Positions 44,693-57,590 of a stretch of 64,000 nucleotides of DNA are shown here, piece by piece. The number at the start of each line of letters is the position of its first letter. The stretch's first letter is position 1. The position numbers were made by a program, and so were the translations under genes. The stretch is from Flaccisagitta enflata (lineage: Eukaryota). The notes beneath the pieces were generated by a model, which was given only the letters and a program-made list of their open reading frames with translations, made no database searches and was not told the origin of the DNA. The stretch spans positions 25,172,001-25,236,000 of the forward strand of contig OZ231126.1 in the NCBI GenBank assembly GCA_965153355.1, read 5' to 3'.

Positions 44693-45100
44693 CTTTTTTT
44701 GGGACCCAAATCCCAGCCTCAAGGCCCAAATCCCAGCCTGTTGGGCCAAATCCCAGCCTAATGGCCCAAATCTCAGCCTTATGACCCAAATCCCAGCCTT
44801 GAAACCCAAATCCTAGCCCTGAGGCCCTCCCAGGCATGAGACTCAAATCCCAGCCTTTAAGCCCAAATTCTAACCTGTAAGCTCAACCCACAGCTTTATG
44901 ATCCAGATCCCCCTCCAGATGGCTCAAATCCCAAGCCAATCCTCACGGGCCTAAATCAGTTGACCCTCCTGAAATCAGTCACAGATGGACGGATGTAACG
45001 GTTCACCTCTTTTACAGGACATGTCCCTTTGGGGCCGCTGCCCTGCTCCCACCTCACTATCTTGAAATAGCAATAAAGTAGGGCAACTGCTACCACTGAC
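44693..45100 (+). mobile_element. Family B element (diverged)
   Basis: (CAAATCCCAGCC...)n array followed by TACAGGACATGTCCCTTTGGGGCCGCTGCCCTGCTC. Confidence 0.7.
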
Positions 45101-45331
45101 TAGTCATTCATTCCTTCCCCTTACATTCATTCATTCATTCATTCATTTTTTTCATTCATTCATTCATTCATCGTTCATCAACAAGGCGCACACATTGGCC
45201 ATCGCCATCGGTAACGTCATCGATAACTTCATCTCATTGGTATTGACGACTATTGACTAGAATGGGCACAATATGGGCATTAGAACGAAACATTAATTTC
45301 AAGCACTTTTCTTGTTCCTTTTGCATGTTAA

Positions 45332-45519
45332 GGGTTCAATCTCTTTGTAAAATCGATTTGGACTTGATCTAGGCACTCCGTCATCAATGCTGTAGTTGTA
45401 TAGAATTGATTGCTGGAGTTATGAGAGAAATTTCTACCAATGTAATTCTATACAATTACAGCATTAATAACGGAGTGCCTAGATCAAGTCCTAATCGATT
45501 TTCCCATGAGACTAGGCTC
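45332..45519. mobile_element. Short palindromic MITE-like hairpin (TTAA left flank, TTGA right flank)
   Basis: 45349-45409 is the inverted match of ~45447-45502 (AAAATCGATT.GGACTTGATCTAGGCACTCCGT.AT.AATGCTGTA.TTGTATAGAATT). Confidence 0.75.
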
Positions 45520-45822
45520 TTGATATGCAAATGGAACATGAAAAGTGCTTGGAAATAATGTTTCATTTAAATGCCGAAATTGATCCCACTCTTCTATTGA
45601 CGTCGGTATCACCAACGTCAATGTCATCGTCGTCAACGTCGTCGTCGTCATTTTCGATATCCTCGGCAATTTTTGACCATTTCTCTCCCCAAAAGTCAAC
45701 TACGACGTTTCTCTATCTTAGTTCTCGGTTACTCTCTAGTATCTCTCCCTTTCCCGTGTTTTCCTTTCTTGGTCTGTAAAGGAGTCTTAGAATTACTTGT
45801 AACCTCGGTGCTCGCATTCACT

Positions 45823-46367
<545 letters not shown>

Positions 46368-46379
46368 TTGATCTATGGG

Positions 46380-46480
46380 CGCGACGACTGAATCCACGCG
46401 CCGGATTTCACGCGCGCACCATAAAGAAGAAAGAAGAAAGAATTCCCTCTCAGTTCCTCTCTTTCCTCTCACTCAGTTTC
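46380..46480 (+). promoter_or_regulatory. Candidate proximal core promoter of Dfd
   Basis: CpG-rich patch right after a long (CT)n tract, CATAAAG at 46420, and arthropod Inr-like TCAGTT at 46450 and 46473. Confidence 0.35.
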
Positions 46481-46829
46481 CTCCCTCACTTCCTTTCCTT
46501 TCCTCCATTCTTTTTTCCATATTTTTTCATTCTTGCAACGTTGTCCGAAGGCTATTCATACATGAAGGACACGCACAAGTAGAAGAACACGAAGTAACAC
46601 GCGATCTTCTTTGGCGCCTCTTCAAAAAAAAAAATGCTTCTTTTTTTCTGAAATAAAAAAGAAATAATTGGAACATGGAAGGAAAAGATATGCCACACAC
46701 ATGCTCAGACAGACACACATGCACAATTTCATTTGGAGAGAGGGGACCACCCTCATTCTAGAATCATAGAAGTAAAAAAAGAAAAGACAACTACTATTTT
46801 TTTATTTTTTTCCTTTTTTTTTTGTCTCT

Positions 46830-46857
46830 CTATTTGCTGATTTTTTTTCTTCCGCAG
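46830..46857 (+). promoter_or_regulatory. Candidate 3' splice acceptor in the Dfd 5' UTR
   Basis: Branch-like GCTGAT, polypyrimidine run TTTTTTTTCTTCCG, then CAG at 46855-46857; a longer T-rich tract lies upstream. Confidence 0.5.
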
Positions 46858-47320
46858 ACGCATGCGAGCGCGAAAAAAAAACGTCTTCTAAAGAGAAGAA
46901 AGGGAGGAAGATTAATGAAAGAAATATCGATTCCATGCAGAACGTTTCATTTTCGCCCGACATTTACGAAGACAGTCAATGAAAAAAAATAATGTATGAA
47001 AAACAAAAAGCACAAAAAAGTTAAACAAAATGGCGCAAATAGGCGCCACTCGCATCCATCCTAAGTCATCACAAAGTCAAGATAAAAAATGTTAAAAAAG
47101 TATCTCTGATTTTTTTCACGCAAAAAATTCACTCAAATTGGGTGCCAAACGAAATCTCCATATTTTTCAATTCCACTGTGATTTTCTCGCTCTCCTTCAA
47201 TGATTATTCCAAACTGTCTCTAGAAGAGAATCTACGAGTCAGAGGAAATAAATTGAAACGGTTTTATTTTTTTTCTTGGCCTTTAAATTGAACTTCCATA
47301 CATCCCTCCCAAAATTAAAG

Positions 47321-48404
47321 ATGAGCGCGTTTTTGATGGACTCGTCTGCGATGGGGGCCTCCCCTTACAACACGCTTCTCGACACCAAGTTTCCCCCGAC
47401 CCCCATCGATGACTATGGCGTTTCAGGGTACACGCATCACCCCCACCATCACCCGGGGGAATATTATCATCACCATCACCACTCACGCCCGGCCCATCAC
47501 CACTACAATCCTTACGACCACAGCCGGGGCTATGGTGCCCACGCCGATGATCATTACTCCCAACAACAACACCACAATCCCGCCGCCAATTACGGATGCT
47601 CAGTGCCTGGTGTGCCGACGTCTCACCACAACGTGTCGCCTGTCCACCAATCGCAGCATTGCGGAAGCGGTGGCAACGGCGGTGGGGGAGGAGGTGGTGG
47701 TGGAGGAGGCGGTGGCGGCGGAGGTGGTGGCGCGGGTAATGGTAATAACAACCACATCAACGGAACCGGCGGAGGAGATCCCTCGGCGATGAACTCTGGT
47801 GGACCTCATGGAGACCATCCTTCGTCAGTGACGCCTCAAGCCCCCGTCTCGATGAACTCTGGTCCCGGCGGAGTGACGGGACTTCCTCCTCATCATCACA
47901 TGGGACCCGGGGGCAACATCATGATAGGAGCCACGGCAGACTCGCAAAATCACCAGACAGGGTTATCTCTTTCGCCAGGGTTGTGCGGTGGAAATATGGA
48001 CTCTACTAATCAACAACAACAGCAACAACAACAACAGCATCCTCCTCACTCGATGGGCAGCAACGGACTGCCGGTGTCGTCGTTGTCGCAATCGCTGCAG
48101 CAACCCACGTCCGTCGCCTCGCATCAACAGCAGCATCAAGTGCAGCAGCAGCAACAACAACAGCAACAACCACATCACTCTCAACAGTCGTCGGTGAATG
48201 GTCCGCCTCCTCTCGTACTCGATCCTCACCCTTCGCCTCCTCTTCATCCCCACGATCACCCCCACCATCCTCACCACGACCCGAGACTCAGTCACGGAGG
48301 CTATGATCCAGACGATTCCGATGATCTGGATCTTGCCGACCACAACGGAAATGGACAAGCTCCAGTCATTTATCCCTGGATGAAGAAAGTCCACGTCGCA
48401 ACAT
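47321..48404 (+). CDS. Dfd: Hox4/Deformed-class homeobox gene, first coding exon (361 codons + 1 nt, phase-1 intron follows; homeobox exon not in window)
   Basis: Translation starts MSAFLMDSS...LLDTKFPP...DDY, matching the Hox4 N-terminal MSSFL...DPKFPP.EEY motif. It has His-, Gly- and Gln-rich tracts and an acidic patch, and ends VIYPWMKKVHVAT (Hox4-type hexapeptide, YPWM at 48371-48382) directly before a T|GTAAGA donor at 48405. Confidence 0.93.
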
Positions 48405-48531
48405 GTAAGAATATACATATTTTACGATCTTGAAGATTGATGTACTCGAAGTGCCTTGAAAATGTATTTTTTAGGCAGTTTGCCCATTGCATTGTCGCCA
48501 ATGAAGCAATGGTTTTGTCGTATGGATGTGG

Positions 48532-48632
<101 letters not shown>

Positions 48633-48731
48633 GATTGGGCGATATGACAGACAGACAAATTGAAGGGGAGAAAGAAAAAATACCGTATTTGTGTGTTGCT
48701 GTTCGTAACGAAGAAAAACAATCGGAAAGGG

Positions 48732-48852
48732 TTTTTAGGTGCGACAAAGCACCTCTATAACTGGCTGTGTCCGTCGGTCTGTTGGTTGGTCGGGTAACGC
48801 ATTCGTTCGACGATCCACACGTCGCACCTTATTGGCCTACTTGGCCTTGTTT
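48732..48852 (+). mobile_element. Short DINE-1-like element in the intron
   Basis: TTTTTAGGTGCGACAAAGCACCTCTATAAC...GTCGCACCT...GGCCTACTTGGCCTTGTT (subterminal inverted repeat plus 3' hairpin). Confidence 0.7.
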
Positions 48853-49429
48853 CTAACACAGGGACAAAAACAGACTGTGAAAAATCAGAGAAAAAGATAG
48901 AGAATCATACAGAGGAAAAGGCAGAGATAAAGGCAGCGTAAAAGAGAGACAGAAAGAAAGAATATATCTGCGAGTAAAAAGGCAGGCCTGTTATTATTAA
49001 TTATGCTACTGGACTCAAAACATTTCACAGAGAGCCTTTCAAAAGATACGTCTGATAGGAAATCAAAGGTGGTCCTTTATCATGTGAGCAGGAACTCGTT
49101 GAGAAAAACAATCTACTCTAAAAATTTTGATCGATGGCATCTGTGATTGATCGTCGAGGCAGACTATCTAATTATGTGTATGTGTGTGTGTGTTTGTCTC
49201 TCTCTCTCTCTCTTTCTCTTTCTTTCCCTGTCTCTCTTCAGTAAATTTCATTTGCTTTTTGAAATTTCGTTAAAAGAGTTGTTTAAGAAATGAACTACGA
49301 GCTTATCATTTTGGAAGCGTTGAAAAAAAAATGAAAAGTTTATCGTTGCCAAAAGTTCCTTCTTTTGAAAACCGGTTCTTTTATCATTAAGATTTTATTC
49401 GCATTTTCAATTTTACTATATTTTCAGAG

Positions 49430-49642
<213 letters not shown>

Positions 49643-49703
49643 ATTCGCATTTTCAATTTTACTATATTTTCAGAGATGTGTGTGTGTGTGTGTCTGTGTG
49701 TGT

Positions 49704-49753
<50 letters not shown>

Positions 49754-49863
49754 CTGTATGCGTATGTGTGTGTGCGTTTGTGTTTTTGTCTGTGTGAGTG
49801 TCTATGTATCAGTGTTTGTGATTGTATTTGTGTTTGTGTGTGAGCTAAGGGACTAAAATTCCG

Positions 49864-49904
49864 TCATTAATCACAAAAGAAATGACATTTTTTATCATTA
49901 ATCA
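49864..49904 (-). promoter_or_regulatory. Paired Exd/Pbx-Hox composite sites (TGATTAATGA x2)
   Basis: TCATTAATCA at 49864-49873 and 49895-49904. Confidence 0.5.
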
Positions 49905-50649
49905 AAGGGAGAAAACAAAAGTTGCAAAGGAGTTGTCAATGCGCGCGGGTGCGTAAACGACCGACGAGTTGCATCACACACTAACATGTTTTTATTTTTT
50001 ATTTTTTCCTCCGTCTAAACAAGTTGGAAGCAGAAGATAGAAATGTAGAAACGCTTGGAGGACCAAAGTGGAGGGACATAAAGGAGACAGGGGCTGGGGG
50101 TGAGGGGGGGGGCGAAATAGGAAAGAAGGGGTAAGAAGAGCAGGCTGAAAAAATGTGGAGATATTTTTGGATTGAGTAAATTTCACCATCTCTACTGAGG
50201 TTTAGACATAAATCTTGAGACTTAATGGAAAACTCAAATACCCAATTATGTAGGATGGTACTATTTGAGATTTTCAAACAAATAAGCAAACAAGAACAAA
50301 CTGTACAATTGCGTAGAGCCAAAAGTCTGGAGTGAGGGAATGATGCCTGCAGCGGGAAAGCGACAAAAAAAAAAAACAAAAAAAAACAGAATGGTTGAGT
50401 CAGGTTGATTCGGCTTCATTGTGATGAAATTGGGAAAAGGGTTTTTGATGGATGAGAGACAGTTGATTTCACCTTCATGCTGTAGCGTGGTTGATTTCGC
50501 CTTTTGTGGGTTATGTGCGATGCTTTGACGAGGCGCGCGACGGCGGCGGGTGACAGAAATGAATGTTGATGAATAATGAATGAAAGAAATGAACGTGTCT
50601 TTGAATGATGGTGGGTGACTGGAATAAACTTTTTTTTTAATGATGTAAG

Positions 50650-51625
50650 ATGACAGGTATGTGAGTGATCTTACTATACTGAACGCATAGATGATTGGTT
50701 TTGAGAATGATCTGAGTGAGAGCAAAAATGATAGGTATGAGACTGATCGAACTGAGAGCAAAGATGATTGGTGTGAGACTGATCTCACTGGGTGCACAGA
50801 TGATTGATTTGAGACTGATCTAATTGAGGGCAAAGATGATTGGTGTGAGACTGATCTTACCCTGTCATCAAATACAACTGCAACGAAAGAAACCTTTATT
50901 GTGCCTTAAATATTCATATAGCGTAATTCTGCTTTGTATCATCTGAAAGCATATAACCTACGGTTTTTCATGCAAAATTTCAAAGCACTGGCTCTAGCGG
51001 TTTGGATTTTACGTGATTTCTAAATTTGATAAGATTTTCCTTAAAAACATCATTTTTGAGCAATTTTACATGTAAAAACTGTTCTAATTTCATGAAAATT
51101 GAATAGAAATAATTAGATTTTTCAAGAATACTTGTAAAAACATCAATTTTTTGTATTTATCTAATTTTTTCAACAATTGGAGAAATTTGTATTTATATTG
51201 TAATAATTCACTTTTCAAAATTTGCTCAAACTTGTTTACTAATTTTTTCACTCAAAAAGGTGTTGTGGCCAAACCATTTGAGCCAATTTTGCATGTGAAA
51301 ACCGTAGATCATGTGCTTTTAGATAAAACAAAGCAGAATTCCTCAACATGAACGCTCTACACACAATAAAGGTTTCTTTCGTTGCAGTTGCAATTGATGG
51401 CAGGGTACTGAGGGCAAAGATTATTAGTGCGAGACTGAACTCACTAAGAGCAAAGATGATTGGTGTGAGACTGATCTTACTGAGAGCAAAGATGATTGGT
51501 GTGAGACTGATCTCAATAAGAGCAAAGATGATTGGTGTGAGACTGATCTTACTGAGAGCAAAGATGATTGGTGTGAGACTGATCTCAAAGAGAACATAGA
51601 GGATTGGTGTGAGACTGATCTCACA
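50650..51625. repeat. 36-bp minisatellite (GAGCAAAGATGATTGGTGTGAGACTGATCTTACTGA)n split by a MITE
   Basis: Units present on both sides of 50860-51405. Confidence 0.9.
50860..51405. mobile_element. MITE with ~120-bp TIRs, TA TSD
   Basis: TA|CCCTGTCATCAA.T.CAACTGCAACGAAAGAAACCTTTATTGTG... vs ...CACAATAAAGGTTTCTTTCGTTGCAGTTGCAATTGATGGCAGGG|TA. Confidence 0.9.
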
Positions 51626-51707
51626 CCGCATTTGTTCTCATTAATCTCTCCTTAGGAATCTTGAGTCACAACGACGTCACAGCGAAAGATTTTCAACCTT
51701 GTGTGTG

Positions 51708-51796
<89 letters not shown>

Positions 51797-52348
51797 ACTC
51801 TCTCTCTCTCTCATCCTCGCCCTAACCTCTCTCTTTTTTTCTCCTGAACGTCTTTCAATCGGCCGAATTCGTGATAAGATAACGACGGAAACAATTTCTA
51901 AGAAATCCTCCCATGAAAGAGGGAAAAAAGGAAAAAGAGAGGAAAAGAGATAGGAAGAAAGAGGAGAGGAAGAAGAAAGGAATAAGAGAGGGAGAAAGGT
52001 GGGAAGAATGAAGAGAGAAAGAAGAAGGAAATACGTAAGAATGAGAGGAATTAGAACGAGTGGAATTCGAAAAAAAAGGGAAAAGAAGTGGAGGTTGAAG
52101 AAATTGAGGGTGAGAAAGAGAGGAATAAGGAAAACAGGCAAACCTGGAATGGAAGAGAAGAGGAAAGGTAGAAAAAGAGGGATAATGGTGCAAAAAATTA
52201 GGTAGGAAAAAGAGGGAGGAAGAATAATAAAAGAAAAAAAAAGGGAGAAAAAGGAAAAACAGATGAAAAAGAAAAGGAAAAAGTGATTTCTTTTTTGCTC
52301 CATGCTATCGTTGAATAAGATTTGAGTGAGATTGAGTCTTTTGAAGAT

Positions 52349-52380
<32 letters not shown>

Positions 52381-53214
52381 TGAATAATGTTAAGTGCTTT
52401 GGCAATTTTCCCCGTTTTTCGTCGTCCTCGCGGTTGTTGTTGTTCTTCTTCTTTTATCCTGGCGATGTTAGGTTGTTGTTGTCATTACCAAATTAGTTTT
52501 ACCTTTGATCTAAGTGTGCATTCTTAATCGACAAACAGTGAATCTTCTTTTTTCCATCCGTAAAACTCTGATGGTACCGTTACTAATACTAGTCGAAAAA
52601 ATGAATGATCAAATTGGCTTGTTGATCAATTTAGGCATTGCCAAATCTTGTTTTGATATTCAGTCAATGTTAAGTCAAAGTTAATGTTAGGCGTTTCCCA
52701 ATGATATCTGGCGAGTCTAAGATAATATGAAACTCAATAGCGGTGGTGTCAAAACAAATCCAGTCTTTGCTTACATAGTTCATTTTACAGCAACCCGAAT
52801 GACTCATAATTTAACAAATATTAGTTTAATATAATTCATAGGCAGTTGCAGAGCGACAGAGGCTGTCATAACAAACGTCACGCGGCTTTGGTTGAAACAC
52901 GATTGATTATGTGTGGAGAGTGAAAGGGATTAATATCCGTGTAATCCAAGCATAATCCTTTCTGAATTAAGCTCGCCTTCATTAGATTGTCGTGCTAAAC
53001 ACCTCCTCTGTCATTGTCTCTGTCTCAGTGCAGTCCAATGTGTCTAATGACACTCAGTGGTGATTTTTGATTAAGTCCTAGTTTTATCATCTCAAATGGT
53101 ATGATGGTAGTAATGAAATATGCTGTACATCTAGCAGTATTATATTTCTGAATGTTTGTTAAATCGCTTTGTGTTTGCATGTTCGTGGAAGAGTCGTCCC
53201 GTTTGCGAGGTAGC

Positions 53215-53399
<185 letters not shown>

Positions 53400-53525
53400 T
53401 CTCTCTCTCTTTTTCTCTCTTTTTCACACACACGCACCGAGTTCATAACGAGCCGTTTATGCGTCTTTAGAACGTCCATTTCGCTCTTGTTAGTCTTTGA
53501 CCATCACGGGCAATAAATCTGTTGA

Positions 53526-53638
<113 letters not shown>

Positions 53639-54137
53639 ATACGCACACAATATACGCACATGCGCGCGCAATTGCAAGTTTGAGCGCCTTTATTGACACA
53701 CGCACACGCACGCATGCGTTTAAAAAACGCGTTTCTAATCGGAACAAAAGAGGCGTGCAATGGCCCGTCTTTGAAGGCCGCCTGGATGTCCACGAGGTTA
53801 TGACACCATCGCGTGAAACTTTGAACGCCAACAGATACGCACTAAGACACACACTCTCTCTCTAAGACTCTCACTTTCTCGCTTGATTTAATGGCCCATG
53901 AATAACGGTGTTTACTGTCTGCACGGTTACATAAACGCCCTTCTTTCTCCTTGTCTTTCTCCTTCTTGTTTCTTTTTTTTTTTCTATTTTTCTTTTTTCT
54001 TTCCTTTTTGATCCTCTTCTTTCCCTTTTTTCCTTCTCAGCATGCAGCACTCGCACTTTGTATCAGTCTGTCAGAATGGCATTATGTCTGCGATATTCTG
54101 TTCATCTAGTTTTGATCTTAGTTGTCCAAGCGTGTTT

Positions 54138-54283
<146 letters not shown>

Positions 54284-54489
54284 TTTCGTCTGTTTCCCTT
54301 CTTTCCCTTTGTAAGAAAATGGAAAGATGATCTCCTCCTCCTCCTCCTCCTCTTTCTTCTCTTTCTTCTAACATAGAGTGGAGGAATTATGAGTCTGGAG
54401 GGTCTGAGTGGGCATCGGGACTCAACGTCTCGCATTTGTTACTTCACGTCTTTGACTTGTCTTTAGGTTTACACAAACGAAAAGAGGAG

Positions 54490-54815
54490 GGGCCAAAGAC
54501 GGCTCGACTGGGAGGAGGGCGTCTAGGGCGGAAAGACGGATGGAGTTGGAGAGAGAGGAGTGGCCAGAGATGGCTCGACTGGGAGGAGGGCGTCTGGGGC
54601 GGGAAGACGGATGGAGTTAGAGAGAGGGAGTGGCCAGAGACGGCACAACTGGGAGGAGGGCGTCTGGGGCGGAAAGACGGATGGAGTTGGAGAGAGAGGG
54701 AGTGGCCAGAGACGGCTTGACTGGGAGGAGGGCGTCTGGGGCGGAACGATAGATGGAGTTGGAGAGAGAGGGAGTGGCAAGAGACGGCTTGACTGGAAGC
54801 AGAGTGACTGGGGCA
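54490..54815. repeat. ~71-bp G-rich minisatellite (4-5 copies, degenerate copies to ~55050)
   Basis: ACTGGGAGGAGGGCGTCT.GGGCGG recurs at ~54507, 54578, 54648 and 54720. Confidence 0.9.
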
Positions 54816-55546
54816 GGAAGTTGCACCAAGTTAAGAAGTGAGAGTGGGGCCAAAAATAGATTCACTGGAAAGAGAGCTTTTTGAGATGGGGGCTTGAATG
54901 GGAGAAGAACATATGATGGCATAAATTGGTAGAAGTTAGAAAGCGAGGGAGGGGCCAAAAACTGCTCGACTGGGAGGAGAGTGTGTGGAAAGTTGGAATT
55001 AGAGAGTGAGGGGCCAGAGATGGCTCCACTAGGAGGGATTTGTCTCGAGGGGGAAATGAGTTGCAGAGTAAGAAAGGGGCCAAAGAAGGCCCCACCGAAA
55101 GGGGAGCATCTGTGTACGAATTGGTAAGCAAGAGAGAGTCTAAAGTTGTCTTTACTGGGAGGACAGCGTTTGAATTTGATTCTTAATAATCAAATATGCC
55201 ATGTATTGCAAAATGAAAGGACTGTATAGTCACTGTATAGTCCCTATTGATATGATGGCTCATTTTCTTAGCTTTTTTAACATTCTTCCATTAAGGCTGG
55301 ACTTCCGCCACTGGTACTTCCATCTCATCCGTTGAATTGGGCTTAATTTGAATATTCGCCTGAATGTTCCTCAGTCTGTATCTTTTGGATGAGTTTTGAG
55401 CTGAATTTCTCGCCGAAATGTAGTTAAAAGTAGGCCATAGAGCGCTTTGAGAAACGAGTTCTAAACGATGGAGAAATCAACGGCCTCGCTGAGCTGAGGA
55501 ACCATCCTGCTGACAGCCTCTGTCAATCTGTCTCTGTCTGTCTGAC

Positions 55547-55678
<132 letters not shown>

Positions 55679-56910
55679 GCCCTTGTACTGTCTGAAGATC
55701 TTGTCTGGTGTCTGCGCGTCAAAGGCAGAAAAAGAAAAAAAGAAGACTTAAAAAAAAAGAAAAAAAAGTTTTTTGGTGGAAATTTTATTGTGCAAGTGAG
55801 AAAAGTTTATATGGAAGAAACGCAGATAAAAAAGGAAAAAAAGAGAAAAATGTGGAAGACATCATTTAGTCATTTTTCAAACGAGGCATAGAAAAGGACA
55901 TCAAAGGACAGAAACTGGGGACAGTTATAGTTCATTTTTACTGAGTGTGAGAAACGCAGAGAAAGAGAGGGAGTTAAAAAAAAGAGAGAGTTAGCGAAAC
56001 AAATCAAAACAGTTTCCAAATAAGAGGATTTGTTTATGGTTCCATATATTAACATACTTCGGAAATGATGAAAAATGAGAAGTCGTATAGTTTTTCTCCG
56101 GTTGGGCAGGCTCCAGAGCAATTTGAGGGTGGGGAATCCGATGGTGAAGTCAAAAATGGTCTATGATGAATATTTGGGCCCCTACTCGGCCCTGAACGAG
56201 CATATTGGCCCTAAAATGGACATTTTTGCTATTTTATTGCATTTTAAGCCTGTAATGGTTCAAAAAATATCTGTTATCTCATTCAATCCGACTACTATGA
56301 TGGTCTGGAGTTTAATGGTGAAGTTATAAAGGTCACTTGAATGGGAACTTGGTTTCAGAATGGCCCTGAATGAGCATTTTGACCCAAAAATGAGCATTTT
56401 TGTCATTTTATTGCGGTTATAGCCTATGTTGGCTCAATAAATGACTATAAAATGATTCAATCCAACAACAATGATGCTTTAGAGTTCAATGGTGCACTTA
56501 TAAGGATCCCTTGACCAATATCTCAGTTAAGAAATGGCCCTGAATGAGCATTTTAGCCCCGGCACAAGTGTTTTCGCTTCAAAACTAACATTTTTTGGCT
56601 TTTTTTCTCGGAGGTTTTTCGGATAGAAGGTAAAACCGCCTGAAAACCAATTATTGTGAAGCTCCAGAATTCAATGGAAATGGCCTGAAAAGTCTACGGC
56701 CAGTATTCTGGGGTGAGACCAGCCCTGAATGAGCATTTAGGCCCCGGACCAGCATATTTCTTTGGTTTTCACTGTTTTAGTGAACAAAAGTGGTAAAACA
56801 TTCTTTCAATAAAGGTATGTATGCTATTTAAAGATTTTGAAATAGAAGTGACGTTTGCAATTGCAACAGAAGATAATTTCAGATGCTGAGCTCTAATCAA
56901 GCATGAAACA

Positions 56911-57590
56911 CTTTTTGGGTAGCGGACCTAAAGGAGCTGATGACCTATGCTTTCTTGTAGGGAACAATTCTTTCTCCTCCTCTTTTTATGTCGCTTCCCC
57001 GTTTTTCAGATCTAAATTCCAGAATCAAGACCCAAAATCCCAAGCTTTTGGTTAAAATCTCAGGCTTGAGGCTCAAATCCTTGAAGCTTTAAGTTCAAAT
57101 ACCAGCTCTTAGCTCTGTTACCAGCCTTGGAGCTCAAATCCTGCTCTTGAGGCCCAAATCTCAGTGTTGAAGCCCAAATCTTAGAGCCAAGGCCCCAGTT
57201 CCAGCGCTCAATTTTATTGATGCCCGAATCCAAGCCTAAATCAGCTTAGATTAGAATATAAAATGCTCCTTCATTCCCTGTACACCAGCATAAGCATTGT
57301 CCCCATGGGGCTGCTACCTCTCTCTCCAGCATGTCTCCGTTTACATTAAGGAACATTGCGTGTCGCTGATCATCTAAAACATAAGCAACTTTCTTTTTGG
57401 GCAATGGCCTTGAAGGGGACAAAATCCTGTGGAACACAGGAGACTTTTGTTCGTCGGTTTGTTCGTCCCCTCAGACTCTCTCAGGCCTGAAATCTGCCCT
57501 CTCAGATTCAAGGCCTGAGAGGGCAGATATAAGGCCTGAGAGGGGCTGGGGTGACTGACAGATGGACGTAAGAAGGTCCCCTGTGTTCTT
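56911..57590 (+). mobile_element. Two diverged family B elements
   Basis: TTTTTGGGTAGCGGACCTAAAGGAGCTGATGACCTATGC plus array, and TTTTTGGGCAATGGCCTTGAAGGGGAC...CCCCTGTGTTCT. Confidence 0.6.

Noticed and set aside
47276..47320. ORF-track start at TTG 47276
   Set aside because: This is eukaryotic sequence, and the conserved Hox4 N-terminal motif begins at ATG 47321.
47409..48418. Alternative-frame and antisense ORFs over the Dfd exon
   Set aside because: Shadows of the GC-rich, repetitive coding exon.
48405..48433. ORF read-through (CKNIHILRS*) suggesting a homeodomain-less protein
   Set aside because: Read-through into the intron past a canonical donor at the usual Hox intron position.
56350..56361. 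TGGTTTCAGAAT (WFQN) as a possible homeobox helix 3
   Set aside because: Followed by GP rather than RR, has no surrounding homeodomain, and is part of a transposon subrepeat.
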